Assembly: GCF_009914755.1 (NCBI RefSeq)
Contig: NC_060930.1
DNA: 64,000 nucleotides
Direction: 5' to 3' (one strand)
Origin: the human T2T-CHM13v2.0 reference genome, Homo sapiens
Positions within the stretch are counted from its first letter, which is position 1. The number at the start of each line of letters is the position of its first letter. Positions 24,151-36,612 of this stretch are shown piece by piece. Below the pieces are notes generated by a model. That model was not told the DNA's origin, made no database searches, and worked only from the letters and a program-made list of their open reading frames with translations. Both the position numbers and the translations under genes were made by a program.

Positions 24151-25200
24151 TAGCTAAGTCACTTTACATAGGCATGTGATAAATTTCCTCCTCACTAGAC
24201 AAGGACTTGCAAACTCTAACAAAACTAAATAAAATGAGATGTGAATGAAAATTTTTATAGACTTTCAGCAAAGATTCTTTTGAACTAAGAAGAACTAAAG
24301 ACTCTTTCACATCAAAGGTACAATTGTAAAGCTGAGGGTGTTAATGGTGTGAATCATGACCTTTTGATTTCTTTAAAGTATGTTTTATGGGGCTCGTGAT
24401 GAGATTAAAAATTAGCATTATTTCCAGAGCTCTGAAAGCAGACATCAGATTTCCTGTTATTCAAAATGACCTACTAGAAAATCTTTGCCTAGTAGTCTTA
24501 CATTTCTGTAAGTAAATATTACAGATTAAAATTCTTCCATATTCTTCAAAAAAAGGATAATTTCCTCAACCACATCAAAACTTTATTTTAAAAGAAACAA
24601 ACATTTATATTTATAAAAACTTGTGCAATATATTTTGTTTCAGTCATGCAAAAACTTATCACTAGACTGGTATTACTGCCATTTATAGTTGTCAAATTTC
24701 CAGTTATTAAAATATTCAATTTAATCTTTTAAATGAATGTATTTCTCATTTTAATGGAAATATGCCAGCTGTGGAATTCTAAATGTTGACACTTTCTGGA
24801 AACTACATGAAACAACAGAGAAAACAAAACAAACAAAAAATGATCCAAAAGCATGTATCTTCACCAAAACTTGGAAGCAAAACATAGAGTCAAAACTATA
24901 TATATATATTCGCAGCCAAAATAAATGATACCAATGAAACCTACATGGGCAGTCGCAAACAGTGTTCAGAATTACAGAATGTGGCAGGACCCTAGATTGG
25001 AAGATCTCAAAATCCAACAGTGAACATTCATTCACAGAGGGAGAAAACCTCATCAGAATGCTGACTGTTGTGAGCAACTCTGGGCCCTTAAAAGGAGCAA
25101 TAACTGGGGATGCTATTGGCAAATGATCACAGCTTATAACATTACAAATGCATATATTTTTTAATTGAAAATGCCCCTTCAATGAATTTGACCTTATATA

Positions 25201-25202
<2 letters not shown>

Positions 25203-25230
<28 letters not shown>
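25203..25230. repeat. (TG)14 microsatellite
   Basis: Direct reading. Confidence 0.95.
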
Positions 25231-25236
<6 letters not shown>

Positions 25237-26524
25237 CATGTGATAGTGTCCAAGGTTATTCACTGCAACATTGTCAATAATAGCAAAATAATTGAAAATG
25301 ACCTAAGAGTCTGTATAATTAAGGACTAGTTCAATAAATGATGGTATATCCATACATTGAAATCCTATAGAATTGTAAACAAAATATGAGAACCATTTTT
25401 ACTTACAAGCATGATGCAGTAATTTTATCAAACTAATCCTCTTGCTGAAAACAATTACTAAAGCTAGTTGGAAAAAAGAATCCATTTCAAGGAATCAAAA
25501 ATCAAGTATAGTAGCCAAGAATCAAGAGTCCAAAATTCTAGAGAAGAAAGGAAATATACTGTGGTGAGTTCCATATTCATCTGTTTTGTACATTGGAGGG
25601 ATTTGACAAGTTACGTAATGAGGAATGGAGGCCAAGCTAAATCTTTCAGTGGCCTCTATGGGCTGGCAAGACAGAAGTTGGAGTTCTGGCAGCCAAAGTG
25701 GTTGAAACTCAAGGGTTCAAGACTACAGAGAATGCAATTCTCTGGAGAACACATTTGCCATGCAATTTTTTCTCAAAGGCATTTGCTTACTCCCAATCTT
25801 CCATATGTAGGGTAAGACACAAGAAATCAAATAAAGTGGATAATCTAGGAGGCTAAAGATTGGAGCACAGCATTCAGCAATCTGTAGTAATACAGAATGA
25901 AGTTCAGGTCTCATTAGAGTGGAGATGACCTGGTCAACAACCCAGCTTTCATTGAGAACACAGAAAGGCAATAACCTAGGAGTAACTGCTCTAAGGCTGG
26001 GAAATAAACTAGCCCTAATACAGCTAGAATCTCAAACTCAACTGTATCAAAGCAATCTGCTCATGGTCTATCTATCTGCCAGAAAAAAATTAAATATTCT
26101 GCAACCAGGGCCTCTACAATGTTTCAGGATTTTAAAAAGTAATGTATGAAATAAGACCAAACGCAGGAAAGAAAAAGGATCAAAACCAAATAATAGAAAT
26201 AGATTCCTTGTAATGCAGATATTTTATTAATCAGCCAAGGAGTATACAGCACTTATTTTTAAATTAATCATATTCTGGGCCATAAAGAATGCATCAGCAT
26301 ATCTCAAAGAATTGAAAATATGTAATGGAATTAAGCTAGAAGTCAAACAGAAAAAATAGCTAGCAAATTAAAAATTGTTTGTAATTCAGCAATATGCTTT
26401 AAGTAACCCATGGAACCAAAAAAAAAAAAACAACAATGAAAATGAGAAAATATTTTAAATTTTATGATAACAAAATGTGACATAAAATGTGTTAAATGCT
26501 AAGGCAGACTTTAGAGTAAAATAT

Positions 26525-26557
<33 letters not shown>

Positions 26558-27313
26558 CATATACACTTCAATGCAGATGTTGAAAAAGAATTAAGAATAA
26601 GAATGAATAATCTAATCATTTATTTTAGGAAGGCAGGGAAAATGACAAAGTTTATTTTTATACGTATAAATGCAAATATCAATGAAGTAAAAAACAATGT
26701 GCAAGAAAGAATATTAAAAAATAAAGGACAATGAAAACCATTATGAAGAAGCCAAATTGGGATGAGTAACACTACTGTTATTAGCATTTGCTATGTTACC
26801 ATAATTAACCCATGTGGTATTGGCACATGGATAGGCAAATAGACCAATGGAACTGAAAAGAAAATTGAGAAGCAGACTCACACATATAACATTTATCTCT
26901 TTTACAATGAAGGAACCCTTACAACATAGTGGAAAAAAATTGTCTTTTGAGTAAATGGTGCTGAATTATCTATATATTCATATAGAAAAAGTCGACTTTT
27001 TCTACTTCACCTTATATACATAAGATGAATCCTACCCAGATTGTAGACCTAAATGTGAAAGGTAAAACAAAGTTTCTGTAAGTTCATAGAGGAAAATATC
27101 TTTATGGCATTAAGATAAGTAAGAATTTCTTAAGTTGGGCTTAATAAGCACTATTTATAAAGGAAAAGATAAATTGGGCTACTTTAAAATTTAAGTTTCT
27201 GATAAAGATGGATTTAAGAGAGTAAAGTTACAAGCCACAGAGTAAGAGAACACATTTATAACACATATAGCTAATTAAAGACTTGTAATGAAAATATATT
27301 AAAAATCCCTATG

Positions 27314-28031
27314 CAGTCATGTACCACATAACAATATTTTAGTCAATGATAGACTTCATATACAATTGTGGTCCCATAAGATTGTAATGGTGTATTTTAA
27401 TATACCTTGTCTGTGCTCAGATATGTTTAGATACATACATACTGTGTTGGTTCATTTTCACACTGCTGATAAAGACATACTCGAGAACTGGGCAATTTAC
27501 AAAAGAAAGAGTTTTAATGGACTCACAGTTCCAGATGGCTCGGGAGGCCTCACAATCATGGTGGAAGGGGAAAGACACGTGTCACATGGCAGCAGACAAG
27601 AGAAAAGAATGAGTGCCAAGGGAAAGGGGTTTCCCCTTATAAAACCGTCAGTTCTCATGAGACTTATTCTATACCATGAGAATAGTATGGGGGGAACCAC
27701 CCCCATGATTCAATTATCTCCCACTGGGTCCTTCCCACAACACGAGGGAATTATAGGGCTACGATTCAAGATGAGATTTGGGTGGGGACACAACGAAACC
27801 ATATCACATACTTTCCATTGTGTTACAATTGCCTACAGTATTCAGTACAGTAATATGCTGTTCAGGTTTGTAGCCTGGGAAAAAGAGGCCATATCACATA
27901 GCCTAGGTGTATAGTAGGCTATACCATCTGGATTCCTGTAAGTAGTACATTCTGTGATGTTTACACAATGACACAATCAACTAATGACTCATTTCTTAGA
28001 ATGTATTCTCATCATTAAAGACCCATGACCG
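27314..28031. mobile_element. Tigger3a (MER7A-like) DNA transposon, split by THE1B
   Basis: TIRs 'cagtcatgt...' and '...catgaccg|ta'. Internal 'gtggtcccataagatt', 'ccattgtgttacaattgcctacagtattcagtacagtaa'. Confidence 0.85.
27443..27806 (-). mobile_element. THE1B solo LTR
   Basis: THE1 consensus in reverse. Perfect TSD CATAC (27438-27442 / 27807-27811). Confidence 0.92.
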
Positions 28032-28305
28032 TATTTTTAAAAAGACAAAAATCTAATTAACAGAAGTCCAAAAAGCTTAATCAGAGTCTACATAAAAGAG
28101 GATATCCAAATAATCAATAAACATAACACAAGTGTCTCAGTATCACTAGTCATCAGGAAAATCCAATTTATAAGATCAATGATGTTCCACTTCCTACCCA
28201 TCAGAAGTTAAAATCAACAAAACTTATAATAGCAAGTGTTGGCAAGGATCTGGAGCAGCTGGAACACTTATACTCAGTCAGTAGAGTATACATTGGTACA
28301 ACCAA

Positions 28306-28722
28306 TGTATCAGTCCATTTGCATTGCTATAAAGGAATACCTGAGACTGAGGAATTTATAAAGAAAATAGGTTTATTTGGCTCACAGTTCTGTAGGCTGT
28401 ACAAGCATGGCACCAGCATCTGCTTAGCTTCTGGTGAGGCCCAGGAAGCTTCCAATCATGGTGGAAGGCAAAGGGGAACAGGTGTGTCACATGGTGACAG
28501 AGTGAGCAAGAGAGGGAGGGAGGGGGCACCGGGGTCTTTTAAACAACCAGATCTAGTGTGAACTAAGAGTGAGAATTCACTCATTATTGTGAGGACAGCA
28601 CCAAGCCATTCATAAGGGATCCACCCCCAAGACCCAAACACCTCCCACTAAGCCCACCTCCAACACTGGAGGTCACATTTCAACATGAGATTTGGAGGGG
28701 ACAAAACATCCAAACCATATCA
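28306..28722 (-). mobile_element. MSTB-like solo LTR
   Basis: 'tgtatcagtccatttgcattgctataaaggaatacctgagact...ggctcacagttctgtaggctgtacaagcatgg...caaaccatatca'. Confidence 0.88.
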
Positions 28723-29829
28723 AGCAGTTAGAAAATTGTTTGATATTATCTACTAAAGATGAACATTCTCATACTCGATAAGCCAGTAATTCTACTCATG
28801 TGTATAATGTCCTCCCCTACTCTGCACACACATAAACGCAGTAAAAGGCACTAACCAGACTGTTTAAAGCAGTGTTATTTTTAATAGACAAAAACCTGAG
28901 ACAGTGTGAATTACCACACATAGTAGAATGTATAAATAAATTTGTTGGTATATGCATACATGGGTAATATAAGACAATGAAAAAGAAAAAAAATTACTTC
29001 TACATGTAACAAAATGAATGAGTCTCAAAGGTGTAATATTGAGAAAAGAAACTGGGTACAAAAAAGATGTAATTTACTATTTCATTCATATGAAAGTCAA
29101 AACAATTGAAACAGTTCTTCAATGATAGAAATCATAACAGTGGTTCACCTGAGGGTATTGACCATGTGAAGCATGAATGAGGCTTCTGGGTTGCCGTTAA
29201 TGTCCCACATTTTGATTTCAGTTGTGATTTCATAGATGTATCTGGCTCTACACTTGAGATGTGTGCACTACACTGTGGGTATGAGATCTGTCTATATCTG
29301 TATCTATGTCTATTGGTAGAAATGAGAAAACTTTGTATATACCTGTATACAAATAATCTAGGATACATGGTTAAGAAAAGAAGGCACTGAATAATGCTTG
29401 TAATATGTAACATTTGTGTAAGAAAAATAAACAATAAGAATATATTTTTGTTTCCATTTGTATTTTCATGAGACCCTATAAATGTGCTTAGCCGTAGAAA
29501 GTATAGGAGTGAATGGGAAAGTGAGGCAACAGAGATGAGGTGAAAGGACACTTTCCGTGTCCTCTTATAATACCATTTTGATTTTGAATAAAGTTAATAT
29601 ATTCCTAATTTTAAAAATATTCTTTGATACATGTATGTTCCAAAGATGAAAGTAATTTGTTTGCTAGCTACATTGTTCCTCAAAATTGCTAGAATGCAGT
29701 TGTGTTTCCCTTTTCTATAAAGCATTGCTTCCTTTGCGAAGAATGCACCTTCCATTCAGATCATCCATTTAGATAAGTTCATCTGTGCCCATGTTTGCAT
29801 CAAATATATTAAATGGTTTCTCACTGAGT

Positions 29830-29897
29830 TGTGTGTGTGAGTGCACTGAGACACACACACACACACACACAGAGTGAGAGAGAGAGAGAGGGAGAGA
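29830..29897. repeat. Compound (TG)n / (AC)10 / (AG)n microsatellite
   Basis: Direct reading. Confidence 0.9.
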
Positions 29898-30419
29898 TGT
29901 TTTTTCCTAAGCAAACACCATACACTAAATGTTTTAATGTTTTGAGATGCTTCCTTTAGTATTTATTTTAACACTACCTTCACTAACTTAGATTGCTGGA
30001 ATACCTTCAGACATTTTAGTGAGTGCTCAACCCTTGGCGGTGTCTTGGGGTACATGAGTCACTTTTCCGTCTCAGCTCTCATTCAGAGTATCACTTTTCC
30101 ACAGGCCTCTTACATGGTCCATGTGTTCTGATTCAGTGGGTTGAAGGATATTCTGCTGTCACTGATTTATAGCAACTCTGTGAAAATGACACAAAACTAA
30201 ATTTTTTAAGTGCAAAATTGTTTTTGTCAGTGTAATGTTCCCATTTTTGTATTTGGTTCGTGTAGCTCTGATTTTTATTCGCCGCTTTGGCTAATTCCAC
30301 TTGGCAACACTAGGTCTAAAATGCAGGTTGCATTTGGATCATTTAATAACAAAACTGGAAGGAAATTTGAAAGATCTTAGCAATAGTATCACTTTACAAG
30401 GTACATTTCCATAATATTC

Positions 30420-30590
30420 CTTGCCAAAGATGAAAGTCCTTTTGCTGCTGTAGCACTTTTATTTTCATTTGGAGATGAAGTATTGAAGGACAGAGAAGAT
30501 AAATGACCAGAGTTACTCCTAGAGTTAAAGTCTGACCTTGGGTTTGTGGACTCCTCATCCGGTGGGCTCTCCACCACAGCACGGTTGTTC
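30420..30590 (-). mobile_element. MIR (MIRc/MIR3-like)
   Basis: Minus strand 'gtgctgtggtggagagcccaccggatgaggagtc...ctctgtccttcaatacttcatctccaaatg' follows the MIR tRNA head and core. Confidence 0.55.
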
Positions 30591-31344
30591 TGAAAAGACA
30601 TCTGGCCTGACAGAGCTATTCAGAGGCATGGAGTGTTCTACCTACCTACCATTGTTATTTAAGAGAATTTGAGCTGTGGTGGGTAAAAAATAGTTCTAAT
30701 GACTTAGTTAGAGTACTTAACTCATGTTAATAGTTCAACAAGAAGCATACATAAGTGAATTGATGATATTGCAGAGGGCAAATGGCCTGGAGCTGGATGT
30801 GGCTGTATGAGAAACTAAGAATTTCCTTCTTTTTGCTATCATTGCTTTGATAACATGTGTTTCTTACTGGAACTTGTATGACTCAAATACTAATATGTAA
30901 TAATTCACTTCATCAATTATTCTGAGCTCTTCTTTAGAGTTCAAGTGTGTTTTACAATTATTTGTCTTTCTTATTTTATTAACCTGAATCTTCGGAAAAG
31001 CTGAATTTAAAAAAGTTGTTTTTGCTTTCTTGTTATTTGGGCCACATTTTTTTTAACGACTAATGATTTTTCAATAGTTGGATAGTTTGGGAAAATAAAG
31101 GTCTTTATTTTACACACAAAGGAAAGCATCTACAGTAATAACTAAATGTTTCATGGACATATATGATTAATGAGGGGGAAAGGAAAGGTACAGGATAGAG
31201 CTGATATAATCCTGAAAGGAGTGGGGCAAAAAATGTTGCAAGGAGGCCAGCTACTGGGAAGTCGTGCTGAGTTTCTATTTCTTAATTAGTTTGCAAGTAA
31301 CAAAGGGAAGCTTTTATGATGGTGACGATATCATATGGAGTTAC

Positions 31345-31760
31345 AAAGGGCAGGAAGGATATGAATAGGATTAGAAAAAGATTCGAGCTTTCAATCGCAT
31401 TTGTTCTGCTGCTTACTAACAATGTGCCTCTAGGCCTGCCACCTAACCTCTCTGACATTTATTTTCTTTACTGTAAAGCAATTGAATGCAACACACTCTT
31501 AAGGCACTTTTCAGCTTTCAAGTAGGAAAAAAGACAAGTCTTTTCATAGAGGGTTACATGTCTATCACCAAGTATAATTTGCAAGATGGATTTGAGGATA
31601 CTGGAAAAATAAGTCAATATTTGTAATAACACCCTGAAAACTGAAGAACATTTGGGAGTTAGCTGATCAAGGTTCTAGGCCTGGTTTTGAAGTAGTCAGT
31701 TACTTTGGGCAAATTTTCAAGTTTCTCTAAGGATTAGTTTCATTTTCTGTATGTGCCACT
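31345..31760 (+). mobile_element. Two MIR fragments (~31345-31520 and ~31640-31760)
   Basis: 'tctgctgcttactaacaatgtg...cctaacctctctg' and 'aaggttctaggcctgg...actttgggcaaatt...tctctaaggattagtttc'. Confidence 0.5.
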
Positions 31761-32311
31761 TGGCTTATATGGTCACTGAGTTTTCTATCAGCAATATTTG
31801 TTATCTCCTTTGCTTTTTTCTCCAGAAAAATTACTCAAGGGTACAAGTTAAATCTCTAAAATACACAGTATCACAATACCAGTTTCTAAAATATTTCTGC
31901 AAGAAGTTAAAAGGTTTTGAAAAGATATGCCAGAATGAGTCAACATACAGGTGCTTTTGCTAGGGTTCATTAAAAAAAAAAAAGAAACAAAAAAACACTT
32001 GCCCCATTTGAATAATGATTTATCAGGCTTTAGGAAAACTAAATATAAATCAAAAACCTAAGGAAAAATCGATTCTTATTTTCAGATCTTTATCTATTAA
32101 GAGGGGATGAAGGGTGGGTAAACGCAGGGATGTAATGGGAGTAGTGTGTACCAATTGTGCAAAATAACTAAAACAATTATGAAATGCTTACATATTCCTG
32201 GCCAGTATAACTTGAATTATGAATGAACCATTAAAGACAAAGATTCTTAATCAACCATTTATCTTTTCCTTTTAAAATGTAAGGCATCAAACTTGGAAGA
32301 TCTATAACTAT

Positions 32312-32317
32312 TTTATT
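32312..32317 (-). terminator. TRDN: Probable distal polyadenylation signal (AATAAA) of TRDN; cleavage expected near 32293
   Basis: TTTATT on plus, followed on minus by a GT/T-rich stretch ('gtttgatgcc...catttt'). Gives a ~2.4-kb terminal exon, consistent with my recollection of the long TRDN mRNA. Confidence 0.65.
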
Positions 32318-32604
32318 AGACGGTAATATATAAACAAATGACAGTTCAGATAATATTTTTAAAGTGCTATGATCATTGTAACTTTAATCAGATAAAACGT
32401 AATTATTATTAACATTTTTACATTATAGCTGATTTGTCTAAATTCTAATTACAATAAAATATATCGTTTTATCTTATCAAATAGTTTTTATATTGAGAGT
32501 GAAAGAAACAGTAAAATAGTCAGAGGAAAAACTAGTGCCATACCCAAAAGTATTACTTCAGAAATTTACTTTAATATCATATTTATATTAAAATATTTTA
32601 TTTG

Positions 32605-32835
32605 TCTCCATGGTATTTCTATGAGATATTAGACTGTTTGTCCCTATATCCCTATTTTACTCATGGAGAAACAAACATAGTATGTTTAGTAAATTTTTCA
32701 AGGTCATTCACTATGTCAGAATAGCGCTGGGAATCTAATTTATTATATTTTTCTTGTACAATACAGCACCTAACACAGCGCCCTAAAAGAGTAGGTATTC
32801 AATAAACAGTCATTGAATGAAAGAATTAATGGACA
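32605..32835. mobile_element. MIR fragment (minus, ~32605-32738) and L2 3' end (plus, ~32750-32835) inside the TRDN 3'UTR
   Basis: 'ccctattttactcatggagaaac...caaggtca' and 'gcacctaacacagcgcc...gtaggtattcaataaaca...ttgaatgaa'. Confidence 0.6.
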
Positions 32836-34554
32836 AACCATTCTGTTCTATGAAATCTAAAACATCTATCATATTTGCTATTTCTTTACTCAGTAAATTC
32901 AGCAGGCTGGAGGAGCAGTTGAGCAATAAACTTTATGCACTCTCCTACCCACAAGTTTAGATTGTCACCTGAAGGGGCTTTGCAAGATGGTATTGTCTGG
33001 TCATTCCTGAAATTATACACTTCCAGGATGTCCCACATACCCCATAAAGAGAGTCATTAATCTGGTTCATGTGACACTGGCTTTCGTGGTGTGAATGTGG
33101 TCCACCAGCTTTTGGCAGAGACCAACTTCTTTCACAAAAGTCTCCAAAAATGCATTATTAGTAATGAATGTATTACTGATACCTAGCCTAATGATTTTTA
33201 GTGACTGTTTTATATCTTGGTCCTAAAGAACCGTAGTTAGTGGCAATCCTTGAAAATAAATCACTTGGCTAGTATTGGCTCTGGCTATCTCAGGCCTTGC
33301 TGATGGTAATTACAATGCTAGAAAGGATAACTCAATTTATTTCCTGAGTTAATTTGTCATAAGTTCAGTTGCAATTGTAAACATGATAAAGGTCACAGAG
33401 GCATGACTTTTAGAGTTGATAAAAACAATGTAGTAAAGAACACGAGTATTTATATTACCAGGAATATGACAAAAACATAACAGTCATTCCCAGGGATGCA
33501 CTGTCGAGTAGATTAAAAATTGTTATCCATGTCATTGGCACTGATGACCAGTTACCTAAAATACAAGTAAGACATCTCACGAAGGCATTTAAGGCTAAAA
33601 TGAATTCCTTAAACTTTGATGGCATTCATATTTTGCCATTATGAGAAAGAAAAACATTTTACTTCACAGAAAGAATGTATTAAAGTGAAATGAAAATATT
33701 TTTATATTTGTCACCCAAATTTAGTGATTGATCTAAAATTTCACCCAGGTGACATTTTTATTAAGACACAGTCTGGAGAAATTTCAGAATTCCACATCTC
33801 ATTTGCTAATATTTTAAACAAACGATTCACCAGACCTGACTAATTGAATGGTGTATTTCCACTGGACTGAATGTCCTAATTATCATTCAAGACATATCTT
33901 AAAGATTTATCAAGCATTTACTCTCCACCTTACCATGTCTAAAGCTCAGAGATATTTTGAGCTCTAAAAGAGTATCACAAGAAATTTATAGCAGTCTGTA
34001 GTACAACTATTACCCATTCTTAGAGCAAAGCCACAACTAAAATAGAAATAGACAAAAATAAAATAAAATCATTAAGCATCAACTTATTGGGTAAATTAAG
34101 TTTAGATACCCATATGATGCAAAAGGGTCACTTTTATATAAGCTTCCCCATCTTTTAAACTTAGAGCACAGTCTATGTTGTCATTAAAAAAATAATAGCT
34201 AACTGAAGCCAGGAATTCATTTTGCAATTGTGTCAATTATTTTAAAGATACCATTATTAAGTAAACTTTAAATTAGTTTGTGTACAACCTTATAGTGACT
34301 GGAAATAAGATAAATACAAGCACCCCCTCCCACCGCAGCAAACACACATAACAGATTCTTGAGACTTAGACCCTTAAACATGTCTGCTCATCACTCAATC
34401 CATTTGGCCACCCTTTCCGTCCACACCAGGCCAAAGAGCAAAATGTTTTCACAGAAATTCTCTGGGTTGCATATTCTTAATTGCCTGAACTATTGTGGAC
34501 AAAACATCACATTTTTAAAATCTTAAAGCACTTGTAAGGGTCATACATGTGTGT

Positions 34555-34694
34555 TTACTGTCCTTGTTGCTTCTGTCCTGGAGAATTTGCTTGACCAGAG
34601 CTCTCTCCAGGGCGGTCTGCAGGAGTGAAAGGAAACTGAAATCCATAGCCATTGTACCCATCCAAGTAGACACACTGGAAGAAACTGATGGGAC
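34555..34694 (-). CDS. TRDN: Triadin, last coding exon (exon 41 of the long isoform): (S)PISFFQCVYLDGYNGYGFQFPFTPADRPGESSGQANSPGQKQQGQ*
   Basis: Acceptor tgctctgttccttag|GT at 34695. 140 nt = 2 nt + 46 codons ending in TAA. The translation matches the recalled human triadin C-terminus. Confidence 0.96.
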
Positions 34695-36117
34695 CTAAGG
34701 AACAGAGCATGACAGTTTGTTAAAACATGCAGAACATGAGCAAAAAAGCACAGTGAGGCAGTGCAGTGCAGCAGATAAGGTCACAGATTCTGCCAGCAGC
34801 CTCCGTAGCTGTTGGCAAGTTACTAAACTTCACTGTGTCTTGGAGTCTTTATGTATAACATCAAAACAACGAAAACCGCACAGAAATATTATGACAGTTA
34901 AATGAGTTACATGAGTTACATGTGCTCTTAAAATTCTTCCTGGTATGTAATAAGCCTTTAATAAGTGATAATAAAAATGGCCTGGCAGAGAAAGTCAAAG
35001 TTCTGATCATATAGACATCTGTTGATGTGCATAGCAATCATAGAGACATAGTCACAGGTTTCAAAATATGAGCTTATCAATATGCAAAGCAACAGACTGT
35101 GTGTGTGTGTTTTATAATGTCACAGAGAGGTGGTGCCAACATCTAGAAGTTTTATTTGCCCTTACTTTAGAGGCAAGAGCTTTCCTAAGGTGGCTTGGTT
35201 GCTCTTTGAGCAACAAAGGTAGCAGCCAGGTAGCAGCTCTGAGTAGAAAGCAAAACAGGAAAGTTAAGGGAGTGTGGTGCAAGTAAGGACTCTGGACTCA
35301 GTAAGCCGGTGCTCCCAGGTAGCAGCTTTGGTAAAAGATGGCGAGTTTAGCATCTCCTCACAATCTTGGGTGCCTACAAACTTCCAGTGTTTTCTATCCT
35401 ATCCATTTGCATTCTGTCAACCAGCCATAGATTTTTGCAGAAGGCCAGGAAAGAAAAATCATAGTTAAAGCTAGTGGTGTGTGGGAGATAAAGAAGATGG
35501 CCAAATCCATATGAGACTAGGGGTTTATGAAGTAGAATAAAGCAAAGGATAGGAAAAAAGGAAGCTGGAGAAGCAACCAGGGAGTATTCTGATTCCATTT
35601 CCATGGGTCACTGGGTTTTCAGGGATGACAATAGTTTGAAGAATCTTGAATTTAGTTATCTTTTCCAATGCATCTCATCTGGAATGATTTCTCTTTTCTT
35701 CTATCTTCAAACCGAAGCAATAATACAACTTCCGTCTCTTCAAGTTTGTGGAGGTTATGGGAGCTTGGGGGTTAGGCAGGCTACAAGAGGGACAGTAGTA
35801 AAGCCGGCCCTGCACAAGGAGAAATGGAAATCCATTGCTAAAAGTAGAAGGGCCCATCAATGACAGGCTGCCTTCCAGCTGCTTATCAGAAGTGGACACT
35901 GTTTTGACACATTTATTTAATTGATGTTGAATAAGCTACTCATTAAAATATTATTATGACTGCAAATATTAGAGCTTAAATTAAAGGCTCATGAATATCA
36001 GGCTATAGAACTGCCTTCTTGTAAGACGAAGATAGCAAATATCATTTTGATGCAATAGATCCCCCAACTGAGGTTAGAATATTTGACACCATTTTACTAA
36101 AAGTATTTGCGTTTTGT

Positions 36118-36292
36118 TTTTAATTAAAATTTTTACTTTGAAATAATTGTAGACTCACATGTAATTGTAAGAGTTAATACAGAAAGATACCACATATCTT
36201 CACCTAGTTTCCTTCAATGGTAACATATTGTAAAACTATAGAACAATATTCCAACTAGGAAACTGGTATTGATACAATTCACCTGTCTCATT
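36118..36292 (-). mobile_element. L1MC-like 3' end fragment in the last TRDN intron
   Basis: 'tttgaaataattgtagactcaca...tagtttccttcaatggtaacat...aaaactatagaacaatattccaactaggaaactggtattgatacaat'. Confidence 0.7.
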
Positions 36293-36514
36293 GAATTATA
36301 TTTTAATAGTTATTTAAAATATATGAGATTTCAAATGTTTATGTGACATAGCCACAAATTATTACCAGTAGGTTAATAATTGGGAAAGCGTTGCTATATA
36401 AAATGAAAATATGTCCAGATTGACCTATAATTCTTTTTCTTATGGATTTTGTAATATTACTCAAAGTATCATAAGACTCTGCTTATTTCCCTATATTTCT
36501 CACAACCTTATTAT

Positions 36515-36612
36515 ATGAAGGATTATAATAAGTGTCTTATCTACTGCAGTAGTTCCAGCATCCAAAGAAGTACTTGGAACATAGTAGGCATTCAGTATCT
36601 GTCTAATGAATC
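36515..36612 (+). mobile_element. L2 3' end fragment
   Basis: 'ccagcatccaaagaagtacttggaacatagtaggcattcagta...aatgaat'. Confidence 0.55.

Larger units (their letters stand above)
24750..29620 (+). mobile_element. Mosaic of old L1M (L1ME/MC-like) fragments hosting Tigger3a, THE1B and MSTB
   Basis: L1M ORF2 and 3'-end motifs at 25240-25410, 26250-27310, 28035-28305 and 28723-29290. Boundaries approximate. Confidence 0.6.
32293..34554 (-). other. TRDN: TRDN 3'UTR (long isoform)
   Basis: Mostly unique sequence directly after the TAA at 34555-34557. Additional AATAAA on minus at 33757-33762, 33336-33341, 32739-32744 and 32597-32602. The 3' boundary is inferred. Confidence 0.75.

Noticed and set aside
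24751-25263. 170-aa minus-strand ORF
   Set aside because: It runs through a (CA)n repeat and L1M-like relics, with no recognisable protein features.
27366-27914. 182-aa ORF
   Set aside because: It spans Tigger3a plus an antisense THE1B and is a chance frame.
30536-30588. Minus-strand exon-like segment (ttttcag|...AAG|gtcaga)
   Set aside because: It lies within a MIR head downstream of the TRDN polyA site, has a weak donor and is not a multiple of three.
34625-34641. ISRE/IRF-like GTGAAAGGAAACTGAAA
   Set aside because: It is the antisense of TRDN codons F-Q-F-P-F-T, so coding sequence explains it.
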